Below are positions 31,069 to 41,483 of a DNA stretch of 64,000 bases, piece by piece. The position numbers and the translations under genes are program-made. The notes beneath the pieces were generated by a model. The model was not told the origin of the DNA, ran no database searches, and saw only the letters and a program-made list of their open reading frames with translations. The stretch's first letter is position 1. Every line of letters begins with the position of its first letter. Where the stretch lies: IMG/VR virus record IMGVR_UViG_3300023174_000047, positions 139,775 to 203,774 of that record; one strand, 5' to 3'. The DNA comes from a virus (taxonomy: Duplodnaviria; Caudoviricetes).

Positions 31069-33765
31069 CTAAAATCTAATTTTCTCAATCAAAAATGCAA
31101 ATGTATTTTTTGCTGGTTTTTTGTGAGTGTATTTTTCAAACATCTGTCCACGCAACTGTTGTTCGTATTCACCATATGAATCAGCAGAAGAATATAATTC
31201 ATTGCCCGGTTTTGTGAAAATAATGATTCCATTTTCGTCAACGGCAATTTTGTTATCACCGATTGTTCCAATGACCACCATTTTTATTTCATCAAATTCT
31301 TTGCGTGTTGTTCCAGCAAGGCGCATAATAGTTTCAAGTCTAGCATCGGAGGTGGTATCCCTGTAAGCACCTCGCAAATAAATATAAAGGTGTTGTGGAA
31401 TGAAATTTTCATTGCTCATTAACAACGTAATACTTCCAGTAAAATTATAAAATTTGCTCACATTATAAGAACGATTTAACATATCATAACAGCTCTGCAG
31501 ATTTTCCGATGTTGCAGGTACTTTGAGTGTATATAAATCTGATAATATTGCCTCACTGTATGGGTCTGGCAGCAGGCGAGCATCATCTTCATCACGCTTA
31601 ATACTACCATTGGGTGATTGCCGTATAAGAGACTTAGCTGCCTGCAATCGTTTTGCTGCAACTACAGCTCTACGAATTGCACTAAATTTTGCAATATTAG
31701 GATACTGCTTATTAAACACAGATTTTGGTAAAAAAGATGCTAAGATTTGCGCAACAAATGGTGTTTTTTTTATTATGTATTTGTAATGTTTTGTAATGTC
31801 ATCAGTAATATCATTATAATTTATCAAATAGTTAATTGATTCAACAGCAGTAGTTACTGATGCTTTGTTTGAAACACCAAAGATGTTATTCAACATTTTA
31901 AACGCATTACCAACGCTATCTTCAAATGATATGTTTAGCTTTTTAGCTGATTTGTATAAATCCACAATTGTTGTGACTCTGTATGATTGCGGAAGACGTC
32001 TCATATTATTAACGTTGCCGCTAAAAAGTGTGTTGAAGAATTTTTTCTTTGTGTCATCAGATGCACCAGAGGCTAACTCAATGAGGTTTTCATGAGCAGG
32101 TGTATCGAATATTGCCTCATTTGCCTCATCTGTCCAGTTAAGCAGCCCACCTAAATTTAAATAAGTAGTAAATGATTCCATTAGTGCCTTGTATGCTGCA
32201 CTGCTTGTAGCTTTAGTACTTTCTAGTTTCATAGTTGCGAGCGTTGCAATGTAACTAAGTGTAGCTAGCTCTATCTTTGATTCAAAGTATAAACGATCTT
32301 GCTCAATTAATGACGCAATCTGTTTATCAATCTTATCACCAACTGTTGTGTTTACGTCTTTGATTATGGGTAAACTATTGTATATGAATTTGATGAGTTC
32401 TTTAAATCCAAAACCATCATTAGCAAGCAAGTCAGTATCTTGCGTAAAAGATTGTTTGAACGATGCAAGCAATTGTGGTATGTATGATGCTGCATATGAT
32501 GCATAGCTGAGTTCACCTGTGAGTAGGTCTTCTCGAGGCACTGCTAGTGCTTTAATCAGAGGAAAATTGGAAAGATTGCGTGGAAATTTTTTAAAAGCAG
32601 ATATAACAGCATCACTTGCTGTTGAAATTACTCGTTCATAATCTCCACGATCCAACATTCTCCCCAATGAGTTAACCCCACTGGCTCTCATAATAACCTG
32701 AAATGCAGAAGTAAAATCTGTTTGTGCAAGATTATTAAAGATGTTTAAATTTTTAGATCTCAATAAGAACTGATGATAATCACCTGATATGCTTGGTATC
32801 TTTTTATTATCTGCAGTAGGTACAAAAATACTTATCTGCAATGACCTGAATGATTTAAATCTATCTCTTAGTATGTTACTGAACTCACCGTTATAATTTG
32901 CAATGAAATCATAAATAGAATCATAATCTTTTTCCTCCATGGATAGACAGCTAGTTGGGGAGTTGGTACGGTTTTTTATTTCTCCCAAAGCCCACTCACC
33001 ACTCTTTGGAACTATAGCATAATCAAAAAATCCATAAACATCCATGGCAAGCCATGCAGGAAAATAAGAATCGCCTATGTTCGGCAAACACCAATACCCC
33101 GAACATCTGTTCGGTTTTTGGCTCGTTTTAAAATCAGGATCTTTCAAGCCACCCAATGCAATTTTACTGCGTGCGAGATTTTCTATCAAATAAAATTTAT
33201 GCTCAGTTGTTTCATAAACCATCTTAAAATCATTGTCACGCATAAACGTCTCCGTTTCAACAAGATTAGGAATTTTATTATTATAAAAATCATAAGGCAT
33301 AGTAAATGCCTTCATAACTTTAAACAATCCAGGCAATACATTTCCTTGACGATCTTTTACATTAGGATCTTCATTAAATACTTTGTAGCTATGAAATTCT
33401 TTGCTGATGGTTGGATTGTTTCTTGCAGTCTGTGCTCTATATGCTTCAAGTGTATCATATACCTCCTTAGCATCGCCTAAGCTAATATTACCACTGAACA
33501 AATTATCAAATATAAAATCCAGGTATTTTGAATCACCACTAATAATCTCTTTTGTTGTACCGTCAGCTTGTGGTTCATTAATAATAGAAATGCTCTTGGC
33601 AGTTGGATCAAATTTTTTAGCAATGGTATTAATAAACTCTTCTCTAGTAAATGCTTCACCACCAAAAATTTGTGATGTATTTTCATCCCAAAAATCTCTA
33701 AATTGTGAGGTATTGAGAATTTTTATTCTTTTGGTTTTATAGTCTTCTAAAAGCAAGTGATCCAT
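31069..33765 (-). CDS. Large hypothetical late protein, possibly an internal head protein; start re-called at 33765 (MDHLLLEDY)
   Basis: TAAATA 5 nt before ATG 33765; N-terminal LLLE; CSGYWC motif. Confidence 0.6.
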   Translation of the reverse strand: MDHLLLEDYKTKRIKILNTSQFRDFWDENTSQIFGGEAFTREEFINTIAKKFDPTAKSISIINEPQADGTTKEIISGDSKYLDFIFDNLFSGNISLGDAKEVYDTLEAYRAQTARNNPTISKEFHSYKVFNEDPNVKDRQGNVLPGLFKVMKAFTMPYDFYNNKIPNLVETETFMRDNDFKMVYETTEHKFYLIENLARSKIALGGLKDPDFKTSQKPNRCSGYWCLPNIGDSYFPAWLAMDVYGFFDYAIVPKSGEWALGEIKNRTNSPTSCLSMEEKDYDSIYDFIANYNGEFSNILRDRFKSFRSLQISIFVPTADNKKIPSISGDYHQFLLRSKNLNIFNNLAQTDFTSAFQVIMRASGVNSLGRMLDRGDYERVISTASDAVISAFKKFPRNLSNFPLIKALAVPREDLLTGELSYASYAASYIPQLLASFKQSFTQDTDLLANDGFGFKELIKFIYNSLPIIKDVNTTVGDKIDKQIASLIEQDRLYFESKIELATLSYIATLATMKLESTKATSSAAYKALMESFTTYLNLGGLLNWTDEANEAIFDTPAHENLIELASGASDDTKKKFFNTLFSGNVNNMRRLPQSYRVTTIVDLYKSAKKLNISFEDSVGNAFKMLNNIFGVSNKASVTTAVESINYLINYNDITDDITKHYKYIIKKTPFVAQILASFLPKSVFNKQYPNIAKFSAIRRAVVAAKRLQAAKSLIRQSPNGSIKRDEDDARLLPDPYSEAILSDLYTLKVPATSENLQSCYDMLNRSYNVSKFYNFTGSITLLMSNENFIPQHLYIYLRGAYRDTTSDARLETIMRLAGTTRKEFDEIKMVVIGTIGDNKIAVDENGIIIFTKPGNELYSSADSYGEYEQQLRGQMFEKYTHKKPAKNTFAFLIEKIRF

Positions 33766-33884
33766 GCAGTTATTTATGCATGGATCATTCAAAATAAATA
33801 AATTGTGATGGACTTATATGAACTGTATTGTCAATATTCTTTGCTCTTCTTCAGAGTTTCTAAATTAAATTTGCTACCTATTAT

Positions 33885-34343
33885 TCATATATTTAAAAGT
33901 TCTTTATTTTCCATAATATTTCCAACCACTTCCATAGTTGGCAGCGAAGTAAGTGGCCATGAACTACTTTCCGTTCCATCAAAATGAAGAAGCACCCAAC
34001 CATAATGCTCCCATGCTACTAAGTCAACAAAATCCGCTTTTGGATCATCAAAATAGTATTTCACAATGTCACCTTCATAAATCTCAACTCCTTTGGGGTC
34101 TTTTAATCCAGTGTATTGCTGGATAACATATCTTGGTTCTTTGATTAGTTTTCCATCTTCCCAATAATAATCAGCAGCAGGGGTAGATGTAAAGTGATCG
34201 CAGGTATATTCTCCAACATAATCTGCAACATTGCCTGTGAATGGGCAGATTGTCCAACGGCTAAAACAATGAAGACTGCTGCTGTTTTCTATCCACTTTT
34301 TATTCTGTTTATCCCAGATTCGGAATTTAATTTCTCTATTCAT
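33885..34343 (-). CDS. YopX family protein (copy 3)
   Basis: MNREIKFRIWD...QQYTGLKD.KG.EIYEGDIV...EVVGNIMEN. Confidence 0.92.
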   Translation of the reverse strand: MNREIKFRIWDKQNKKWIENSSSLHCFSRWTICPFTGNVADYVGEYTCDHFTSTPAADYYWEDGKLIKEPRYVIQQYTGLKDPKGVEIYEGDIVKYYFDDPKADFVDLVAWEHYGWVLLHFDGTESSSWPLTSLPTMEVVGNIMENKELLNI

Positions 34344-34768
34344 TTATTTTTAAAATAGTCAGGATTTTCAAAAATGTTGCCAATAATTTCTGGACAAAAT
34401 TCATCACCAAGAGCGAAAAACATATCATTGAATCCTTTTAAATCAAATCCAAATTGCCCATTATAAAAATAAACAACCGACTTTAAAATTAAATCGTAGG
34501 CAGAGTCACAACGATCGTACTGGATAATATCACCTTCGTAGATTTCTTTTTCATTTTTGTCTTTCAATCCAGTGTATTGCTGTAGAACGAAACGATCGCC
34601 ATGATCTTGCAGAATAATATCTCCATCATAAGAGCCATCTTCTCTTTGAACTCTTTCCCAAAAGAAAATTTGACCATGCGAGGTATCAAAAAATGGATCA
34701 CGGTTTGTCCATTCGGCAAATTGTTTTAATTGTTTATCCCAAGTGCGGAATTTTATTTCTCTATTCAT
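34340..34768 (-). CDS. YopX family protein (copy 2)
   Basis: MNREIKFRTWD...QQYTGLKDKN.KEIYEGDII...EIIGNIFEN. Confidence 0.92.
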   Translation of the reverse strand: MNREIKFRTWDKQLKQFAEWTNRDPFFDTSHGQIFFWERVQREDGSYDGDIILQDHGDRFVLQQYTGLKDKNEKEIYEGDIIQYDRCDSAYDLILKSVVYFYNGQFGFDLKGFNDMFFALGDEFCPEIIGNIFENPDYFKNK

Positions 34769-35150
34769 TTGTTTTAATTAGTTCAGGATTTTCCATGATA
34801 TTTCCGACGATTTCAATAGGAAAGCCGCTCTCTACAATTCCTAAGAATGTTCCGTTTAAAGATTTAGAATTAAAGCAGAATCCTCCTCGGTCAAAAGTAA
34901 TCTCACCAATTTCTTCGGTTTTTAGATACACTTTCACTAAGTCGCCCTCAAAAATAGGAATTCCATTCTTATCCTTCAATCCAGTGTATTGCTGAATTAT
35001 ACATTTACCACTTTCAGCAGCAATAAAAACACTCTCCAAACTTAATGCAGTAGATTCATTGTGAATAAAATAACTAAATCCACCACAGTATTCCTGCATA
35101 TAAAGTTTATTTTTATAAAATGCTCGAAATTTTAATTCTCTATTATTCAT
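34761..35150 (-). CDS. YopX family protein (copy 1)
   Basis: RELKFRAF...QQYTGLKDKNG.PIFEGDLV...EIVGNIMEN. Confidence 0.92.
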   Translation of the reverse strand: MNNRELKFRAFYKNKLYMQEYCGGFSYFIHNESTALSLESVFIAAESGKCIIQQYTGLKDKNGIPIFEGDLVKVYLKTEEIGEITFDRGGFCFNSKSLNGTFLGIVESGFPIEIVGNIMENPELIKTNE

Positions 35151-35436
35151 TTGTTTCCCCCTTTATTGGCCATTCAAACATAGAGCGGTGAAAGAAATGA
35201 TCACCTTCGATTTCATCTAACCAAATTGCACACCAGCTAGAGTAAACTTCACAATTGTGAACTGTATAAATTTCTCCAGTCTTCAAGTTGTCTTTGGCAA
35301 ATTGAATGACGTTGGTGTAATGTGGATAGAACATTCCTTCAGCATTTTTGAATTTTACTTTATCACCAACATTAGGCCATTTGCTTTCTTGCAAATGCTT
35401 AAACATTTTTAGGTTGTTATTCATTTGTTCAGTCAT
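35143..35436 (-). CDS. Hypothetical protein
   Basis: 97-aa ORF overlapping the YopX start. Confidence 0.6.
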   Translation of the reverse strand: MTEQMNNNLKMFKHLQESKWPNVGDKVKFKNAEGMFYPHYTNVIQFAKDNLKTGEIYTVHNCEVYSSWCAIWLDEIEGDHFFHRSMFEWPIKGETNE

Positions 35437-35479
35437 CGGTCAAAAGGATTAAAGTTTTTAAATTAGCGTCACAAAAGTT

Positions 35480-35869
35480 TTAAATTAAATTCGTTGTATA
35501 TTTTTCTAAGATACCGGATAAACCTTCTACGTCAGTCTTATAGTCAATAAGCAACTGACTACCCTTTTTAATATCTTTTGACGCTTGAAACCTCATTATT
35601 TTTCTATTATTCCATTCAATCAAATTATAGAGTACGTTTGCATCATCACTGTGATTAAATATCTCACCAATACCCAAGACTAAGCAGTCTTGTTTTGTAT
35701 TTTTGTCAAAAATAAAGGTATAACACTTTAAATCGGTTTCATTAACTCTTGCGGTATCATTTGGTGATAGGACTAAAATCTCACAATCTGATATAATCTC
35801 GCCTTGCTTGATGTTTCTCTCAGCAATAATGCCTCGTCCCATGCCTTCAATTATTTGAATAGAATGCAT
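35480..35869 (-). CDS. SET-domain protein (lysine methyltransferase family)
   Basis: GMGRGIIA.RNIK.GEII, IFNHSDDANV, FQASKDIKKGSQLLIDY. Confidence 0.9.
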   Translation of the reverse strand: MHSIQIIEGMGRGIIAERNIKQGEIISDCEILVLSPNDTARVNETDLKCYTFIFDKNTKQDCLVLGIGEIFNHSDDANVLYNLIEWNNRKIMRFQASKDIKKGSQLLIDYKTDVEGLSGILEKYTTNLI

Positions 35870-35924
35870 AAGTCATTTGTTTTTCTTTGAGTTCTCTGTT
35901 TCTGTTCATAATCGTAGTAAATCA

Positions 35925-36533
35925 CTAAGAATTATCCTTTTTTACGGGAATAAATCTTTTGTAGATCTCCGTGTTGCGAGCGTTACTTGAAAGAGTCTTA
36001 TACCACCCACCACTAGAGCAAAGCTCTCCTTTCTCACCCGAAACTTCACAGGTTCTTTCACAGAGATATTCTGTTAATCGCACCATGCCCGCTACCTCTT
36101 TATCACCACCAGTGTAGTAGAATCTCAATCCTCCAAATTTTTCTTTGATCTGATTAATTTTTACAGCAGGAGGATATTCATTATAAAATTTAGCACACTT
36201 AAGCTCTTTATTTCTAATGTAGCGAATAAATGCATTAATATGACTATTGAACCAATTTTTATTTAAACACGGTGCAATTTTTTTAATAAGTACCATATGG
36301 CTGCTTTCAACAACACTTTTAAAATAATGCCAGAAATAATATTGCGGGTTCGCAGCTTTGCGCTTTATTACAAATACTCGTCTCGTATAGTCAGAAATGC
36401 AACCACATAATTCTTCTATATTGGATTCCCAACCCGGCGGTACCCATACACCACCAGAACATGTAGGAGACCCATCTTCGTCTACATAAAAAAGACTGGG
36501 ATAGTTTTTCATTAATTTTTGTTCTAGGTCCAT
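35925..36533 (-). CDS. Conserved phage hypothetical protein
   Basis: QIKEKFGGLRFY...RTCEVSGEKG...WYKTL motif common in phages. Confidence 0.75.
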   Translation of the reverse strand: MDLEQKLMKNYPSLFYVDEDGSPTCSGGVWVPPGWESNIEELCGCISDYTRRVFVIKRKAANPQYYFWHYFKSVVESSHMVLIKKIAPCLNKNWFNSHINAFIRYIRNKELKCAKFYNEYPPAVKINQIKEKFGGLRFYYTGGDKEVAGMVRLTEYLCERTCEVSGEKGELCSSGGWYKTLSSNARNTEIYKRFIPVKKDNS

Positions 36534-36547
36534 ATTATATTTATATA

Positions 36548-37297
36548 TTAGTTTTGAATAACATCTCTATGCTCATAATGCTCATTAATATCAAGGCATC
36601 TAAAGATGGTACCATTTGTTTCAATTGAATTGCTGTCATGAAAATGACCGTAATACCAGTATGCTGGTTTAGTTTTATTCCACAGACGTTCTACATCTTC
36701 GCTCTCTTTGATTAGTTCTTCTTTGAGAGTATCATTATTAGCAATAAACCGCTCGATGTTATCAAAACCCTTGTACATACCGCAGTTAGCCGGGCGTGTA
36801 TGAGTCACTACAATGTCATACTGCTTGTATTCAAAATCATCATTATAAATAAATGGCTCATCAGCCCACCAAAGACGTTTGGCTTCGTTCTGTTGCTGCA
36901 TCTTATTATTTTCAATGATGCGCCAATTTCTATCGATGCTAATTGCACCACCTACTAACAATATATTCTTGCCAAGCATATTCAATTCTGAATAATCTTT
37001 AAGCAAAGTAATGTTGATGTAATCAAAAGGGTTGTGTGTTTCTTTAAACCATTCGGGATCATCGTGATTGCCGCGAATAGCATATAAATGGCAGTTCGCA
37101 TTTTGTAGAGTCTGATCTAGTTTCTTAAAGGATTGCTCATAATAACCTCGCTTGTGGAAGCCAGCTCCAAAATCACCCACTTGAATGATGTATGCATCTT
37201 GGTAAAGGCGGCGAATATCATAAGAGAGTTGATTAAATTCACCGTGCACGTCACCTACGACAACAATCTTATTTTTTTGTGGTATGTTACTGCTCAT
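36548..37297 (-). CDS. Calcineurin-like metallophosphoesterase
   Basis: GDVHG, GDFG, GNHD, GGAISID, THTRP, GHFH. Confidence 0.93.
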   Translation of the reverse strand: MSSNIPQKNKIVVVGDVHGEFNQLSYDIRRLYQDAYIIQVGDFGAGFHKRGYYEQSFKKLDQTLQNANCHLYAIRGNHDDPEWFKETHNPFDYINITLLKDYSELNMLGKNILLVGGAISIDRNWRIIENNKMQQQNEAKRLWWADEPFIYNDDFEYKQYDIVVTHTRPANCGMYKGFDNIERFIANNDTLKEELIKESEDVERLWNKTKPAYWYYGHFHDSNSIETNGTIFRCLDINEHYEHRDVIQN

Positions 37298-37432
37298 TCA
37301 AATAAATATATGTATGAAAAACGATTTATCAACTGAAAAATCATTCATTATTTGATCATTAAGTAATTGTGCAGCATGATCTTTGGCATATTTTTTCGCA
37401 TCAGTGATGTTAGTGTGGTGGTTGGTTGTCAT
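37298..37432 (-). CDS. Small hypothetical ORF (44 aa, below the ORF-track cutoff)
   Basis: ATG 37432 to TGA abutting the phosphoesterase start. Confidence 0.35.
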   Translation of the reverse strand: MTTNHHTNITDAKKYAKDHAAQLLNDQIMNDFSVDKSFFIHIFI

Positions 37433-37460
37433 TTACAGGTGCATTTTTGCTTTTCCAAAA

Positions 37461-38045
37461 TCATGTCCACATGAATTCACGGTAATCAATCATCTGCTTA
37501 ATGATGCGTGTATCTGTTTCGGAAATGAGGCTCTCCAAGCGATTAACTTCACCATAAAGCTTATCATAGCTACAGTCTTCTAAATCATGAACAAGTGGAT
37601 ATTTCGGATAAGAGTTATCCCGCTGCTTTTCTAATTCAGGTCGCTGAGTTGAAATCCAATGTGCAGCATCATCTAGCCAGTTCTTAAACTCGCGATGACC
37701 TGTAGAACTGTCCCAGTTTATACAAGATGCATCTGCTTCTTTTTTGAATGAAATAATCATTACAAAATTAAGGCTCACTACAAGGCTTGTAATATCAGCC
37801 CATGTGCGAGGTATTGCTTTGTGTATTTCTGAATGTTTGGGAAAGAAAAAACACTGAATGTTGTACTTGATGCTCTTGATTTGCGCCCATTTGCGTTGAA
37901 ATAACATGCGCACATTTTCTCTAAGAAAATACTGAACGGGATAGTTTTTGCGCGTTTCTTTTTCCCATGCGCCCCAGCCTATTGTTTCATCAAAAGGATT
38001 CCACTCTAAACTATTAGGTACGCTATACCAAAAAGGCTTTTTCAT
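37461..38045 (-). CDS. Hypothetical protein; start re-called at 38045 (MKKPFWY)
   Basis: Preceded by TTGATT-17-TATTAT, 6 nt before ATG. Confidence 0.65.
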   Translation of the reverse strand: MKKPFWYSVPNSLEWNPFDETIGWGAWEKETRKNYPVQYFLRENVRMLFQRKWAQIKSIKYNIQCFFFPKHSEIHKAIPRTWADITSLVVSLNFVMIISFKKEADASCINWDSSTGHREFKNWLDDAAHWISTQRPELEKQRDNSYPKYPLVHDLEDCSYDKLYGEVNRLESLISETDTRIIKQMIDYREFMWT

Positions 38046-38076
38046 ATCTTTATAATAGAGGCTGTTGGAGTGAAAA

Positions 38077-38736
38077 TCAACTATGAAGGAACATTTTCCA
38101 ATCACTTCTCATGTCTTCAAAGACAAGACTCTCAACACCATTGGCAGGCTTAGTTGGCTTCCACAGCAGCTTAAGACCACATTCTTCTGGTGTTCTATCG
38201 TCTTTAAATGTGTTGGTTGACTTAGAACATGTGATTAGATTTTCCCATTCATTCTTACCGCCTCGGCTTTGCGGCAAGATATGATCTACAGAAAGCTCAT
38301 GTTTCTGAAGTTTTCTGCCAGTGTAACCGCAAGTATATTTATCACGTTTAAAGATATTTTGTTTGGTAGGAAACACTACATTCTTATACACAACACGATT
38401 GAAACGTGCACACACTGCAACACTTGGCAGGCGAACTGGTCCGCTGGTGGTATGCAAATAATCATCACATGAGCGAATGGGCAACTTGCTCCATTCTTTC
38501 CAATTTCTTATTACGGCAAATCCCTCGACTATGCCATCATCGAGGTGACCATCACTATTTTCACCATAGTAAATGTCAAGTGGATGTGCAGCACCAGAAA
38601 AAATATTGACTACAATATCATCCCAGTTACCAACGCCAATAGGAAAGAAGCTTGCATTGAGCCGCAGAATGGGACGTTTATGCTTTAAACTACTGAGCAT
38701 TAGCATGTTTAGGAAAAAAAGTATTTGCATCTGCAC
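38077..38736 (-). CDS. HNH endonuclease (McrA-like); true start probably near 38700-38706
   Basis: NIFKRDKYTCGYTG...SVDHILPQSRGGKNEWENLITC...N..K.DRTPEECGL. Confidence 0.88.
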   Translation of the reverse strand: MQMQILFFLNMLMLSSLKHKRPILRLNASFFPIGVGNWDDIVVNIFSGAAHPLDIYYGENSDGHLDDGIVEGFAVIRNWKEWSKLPIRSCDDYLHTTSGPVRLPSVAVCARFNRVVYKNVVFPTKQNIFKRDKYTCGYTGRKLQKHELSVDHILPQSRGGKNEWENLITCSKSTNTFKDDRTPEECGLKLLWKPTKPANGVESLVFEDMRSDWKMFLHS

Positions 38737-39199
38737 TCCACAGCATTTGCGCTTGATAAATTTCCGGAGAATTTTCTTTGTGTCTCAGAGCAATGTCCCT
38801 AAACCAGCCCATTTGATAATCGTGCTTGCGGATCTTGAGTTTTGGTCGATTTGCATCATCAAACTTAATGCTTTCCTCTTTATCTCGAGCAACAATGAGG
38901 TGATGAAGCTCATGATCAATGAGAGCAATGCGCTGCAAATCATTCATTGCATTGTATGCATCACCATCAATGGTGATTTCCGCATCAGCCATGCCCTTGA
39001 TTCTGTTCTTCAATGATGTGATTTTGATGTATGCAAGTGCGGGGTAGCCACCATGTTTAATAGGATTTTCACCCTTGTCATCAAATGCAAACATTGCATC
39101 AACAGTTACACCTGCATTATGCAATTCTTCATGGTGTTGCTCCATGGTGCTCTTGATGGTGTCAAGTACTTCAGAAGGTGGGGTATCATATGTGGTCAT
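38690..39199 (-). CDS. Putative phage metallopeptidase (HExxH)
   Basis: DAEITID...ALIDHELHHL...IRKHD. Confidence 0.8.
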   Translation of the reverse strand: MTTYDTPPSEVLDTIKSTMEQHHEELHNAGVTVDAMFAFDDKGENPIKHGGYPALAYIKITSLKNRIKGMADAEITIDGDAYNAMNDLQRIALIDHELHHLIVARDKEESIKFDDANRPKLKIRKHDYQMGWFRDIALRHKENSPEIYQAQMLWSADANTFFPKHANAQ

Positions 39200-39258
39200 A
39201 ATAGAGTTTATACGCTAATGCACGATGTTCAACTTTTTTAATGCATTGTATTTATGAG

Positions 39259-40134
39259 TTAAAAATCTCCCAACTGTACTTGCAGGCATTTGAGACCGAT
39301 TTCACGCCATTTAGCGCAAACCGAATTTCTATCGTCAAGTACAAACTCCACATTGAATCTATCTCTAATGAGTGTATTGTAAATTTCCTCCTTGACAATA
39401 GAATCTCGGCGATGGTCACCCTCGTTGCGCATATAGAGAGCATGATGCTTAAACCCATTTTCGTTGAGCCAGCGCTGTGTAAGCTCTTTACACACTTCTG
39501 TTCCCTCTCTACCTGAAACAAACAGAATTGTATACCCCTTGTCATAAAAAGCATTCACAATATTTCTCACTGCAAAATCTGGCTCATCAGCCATGACTTT
39601 TTCATACTCAAACCAGTTGCGATTAGTCCTGTGAGCTGCACAGCCGTCGATGTCACAAATGATTGCATTGCCATTTTTTACATTAATAAACCGATCTTGT
39701 AGGGTTGGAAGAATGTATCGATGATGCATGTCTTTAATGACCCTCTCACCAACAGGCTTGGCTCGTAATGCATCACGCTCAATGCACGTATCGAGTGTCA
39801 CATCCAAAAAGTCTTTGTATTCAACTGCAACATTAGAATAAAGCTGCGCAATATTCGTCATTGTTTCAAAATGCTTTTCTTCAAAATTAGTATCATCAAC
39901 AATTACAGTCTCAACACCGTTATCGAGCCAGAGACTTACCATCTCATTACGAACCCCAATAATCATCTGCTCGCTAACCCTGGAGTAAATTCCTGCATCA
40001 ATCATTTCGCGAAGCGAATCCTTATTCACTCGCTTTGCTCTGCCATTTGATTTGTTTACATATTCAATGGCCCATGTACTTTTTCCCGAACCTGGGAGCC
40101 CTCTTGTGAGTATAATTTTTTGTTGTTTGCTCAT
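39259..40134 (-). CDS. pseT: Polynucleotide 5'-kinase/3'-phosphatase (T4 PseT/Pnk-like)
   Basis: GLPGSGKSTWA, RVNKD.LR, DDTN, HAD motif DIDG, SGRE, DDR. Confidence 0.95.
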   Translation of the reverse strand: MSKQQKIILTRGLPGSGKSTWAIEYVNKSNGRAKRVNKDSLREMIDAGIYSRVSEQMIIGVRNEMVSLWLDNGVETVIVDDTNFEEKHFETMTNIAQLYSNVAVEYKDFLDVTLDTCIERDALRAKPVGERVIKDMHHRYILPTLQDRFINVKNGNAIICDIDGCAAHRTNRNWFEYEKVMADEPDFAVRNIVNAFYDKGYTILFVSGREGTEVCKELTQRWLNENGFKHHALYMRNEGDHRRDSIVKEEIYNTLIRDRFNVEFVLDDRNSVCAKWREIGLKCLQVQLGDF

Positions 40135-40163
40135 GCCTTACAGTATAAGCATATAGAATTTAT

Positions 40164-40928
40164 TCAACGTTTTTTTGCAATTTGTTGCAATTCAGAGAGC
40201 GGTGCTACAGTTGCTCCCTGTTTAGCATCATATGATGCGCCTTCGAGCCAATCATTGTTGAAGAAGAACATTCCCTTTTTGTTGGTGAGAAGCTTAATTG
40301 CTGCAGCTTCTGTATAGCCGCAATTTTTAACTACATAGTCAATGACAGGAAGTTTTTCAAAGTTGTTTGCTTCAATTGGTTTAATTGTAGCAGGTACATC
40401 AAAAGCAGTATCAATGAGGTTGAGCAACCACTTCTTTGTAATCTTGGTACCAGGGCATGTTTTGCTTGTTTTGGGATCCTCTCTGTGAAATCTTATGGTT
40501 GTTTCATTGATTGGAAGCTTTAGCCACTCCATGATCACTTTAATTGTTTCTGCAGTCATTGACCAGCATGCTGCACCGCGACCCGAGAATGGATCTTCAT
40601 AGTCATAATCACCCAACACTTCAACGCCAATGGAGTTAGAATTAAATGCAATTGCGTGCACCCCCTTTATTGTAGGTGGTGTCATGCCCCATATTTGATC
40701 ATCATCTGTGTAAAAGTGCGGCCCTGCAGACCACCCCCTGTCATGCACATAACCATATTTCATGTTTTCAATGTGCTGTGCCGTATATCCCTGAGGTCTT
40801 TGCTTTAAAGATGGTGCTGCTGTATGATGAATGCATATGCCTGTACACCATTTAGGTGGTGAAATTTTGCTAAGATACTCTTTAAGACCACTAGCAGTCC
40901 ATACCTTGCCGACATTTGCAAAACTCAT
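40164..40928 (-). CDS. N-acetylmuramoyl-L-alanine amidase (endolysin)
   Basis: ICIHHTAAP, WSAGPHFY, GVHA..FNSNSIGVEVLGDYD, FHRE...KTCPG. Confidence 0.88.
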   Translation of the reverse strand: MSFANVGKVWTASGLKEYLSKISPPKWCTGICIHHTAAPSLKQRPQGYTAQHIENMKYGYVHDRGWSAGPHFYTDDDQIWGMTPPTIKGVHAIAFNSNSIGVEVLGDYDYEDPFSGRGAACWSMTAETIKVIMEWLKLPINETTIRFHREDPKTSKTCPGTKITKKWLLNLIDTAFDVPATIKPIEANNFEKLPVIDYVVKNCGYTEAAAIKLLTNKKGMFFFNNDWLEGASYDAKQGATVAPLSELQQIAKKR

Positions 40929-40936
40929 GATGATGT

Positions 40937-41194
40937 TTAAACGCGCTTAGATTTTTTTCTACCTGCAGCAGGGATAGCTTTAATTTTTGCAACTGCTTTT
41001 TTAACTTTTTGATTATGCACAAACACATCTACATCTTTGGATTCATCTGCAGAGTTATCAACGATGGCTTGCTCGTGTGTATCCTTAGATAATGCTTTGG
41101 TTACAACACTATCAGTGATTTTGTGGCTAAGCTTATGCACTACAGCAGCAGTGATTATAAAACAAACTACTAAAAGTATAATGGCGGATGTCAT
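40937..41194 (-). CDS. Small membrane-anchored late protein in the lysis cassette
   Basis: N-terminal TM AIILLVVCFIITAAVV; basic tail; TATAAATA 5 nt upstream. Confidence 0.55.
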   Translation of the reverse strand: MTSAIILLVVCFIITAAVVHKLSHKITDSVVTKALSKDTHEQAIVDNSADESKDVDVFVHNQKVKKAVAKIKAIPAAGRKKSKRV

Positions 41195-41198
41195 ATTA

Positions 41199-41483
41199 TT
41201 ATTTATAGTAAAGCTGTCGTTCTAACTCCCTAAATCGTCGATCAGAGTGCCAAATTTCTTCTCCACATGGTGTATTTTGTGTATTATATACACCATCGCA
41301 TGTTTTAATTTGCTGATAAGGTAGGAGTCGTAGCATAGGCGGCTGATATATGCTTATAGAACCGCTTTTCTTCGAGCAATTGCATTCGCATGAAGTCAGC
41401 ATCATCAGCATCATAAGGACTGCGACTGTTGCGCAATTTCTCAATCTGCAAAATATAATCTTTTTGTTTGTCGCGTGATTCAT
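41199..41483 (-). CDS. Putative lipoprotein / o-spanin-like
   Basis: Hydrophobic VAVLMMLMM followed by lipobox LTS-C; overlaps the next gene in another frame. Confidence 0.5.
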   Translation of the reverse strand: MNHATNKKIIFCRLRNCATVAVLMMLMMLTSCECNCSKKSGSISIYQPPMLRLLPYQQIKTCDGVYNTQNTPCGEEIWHSDRRFRELERQLYYK

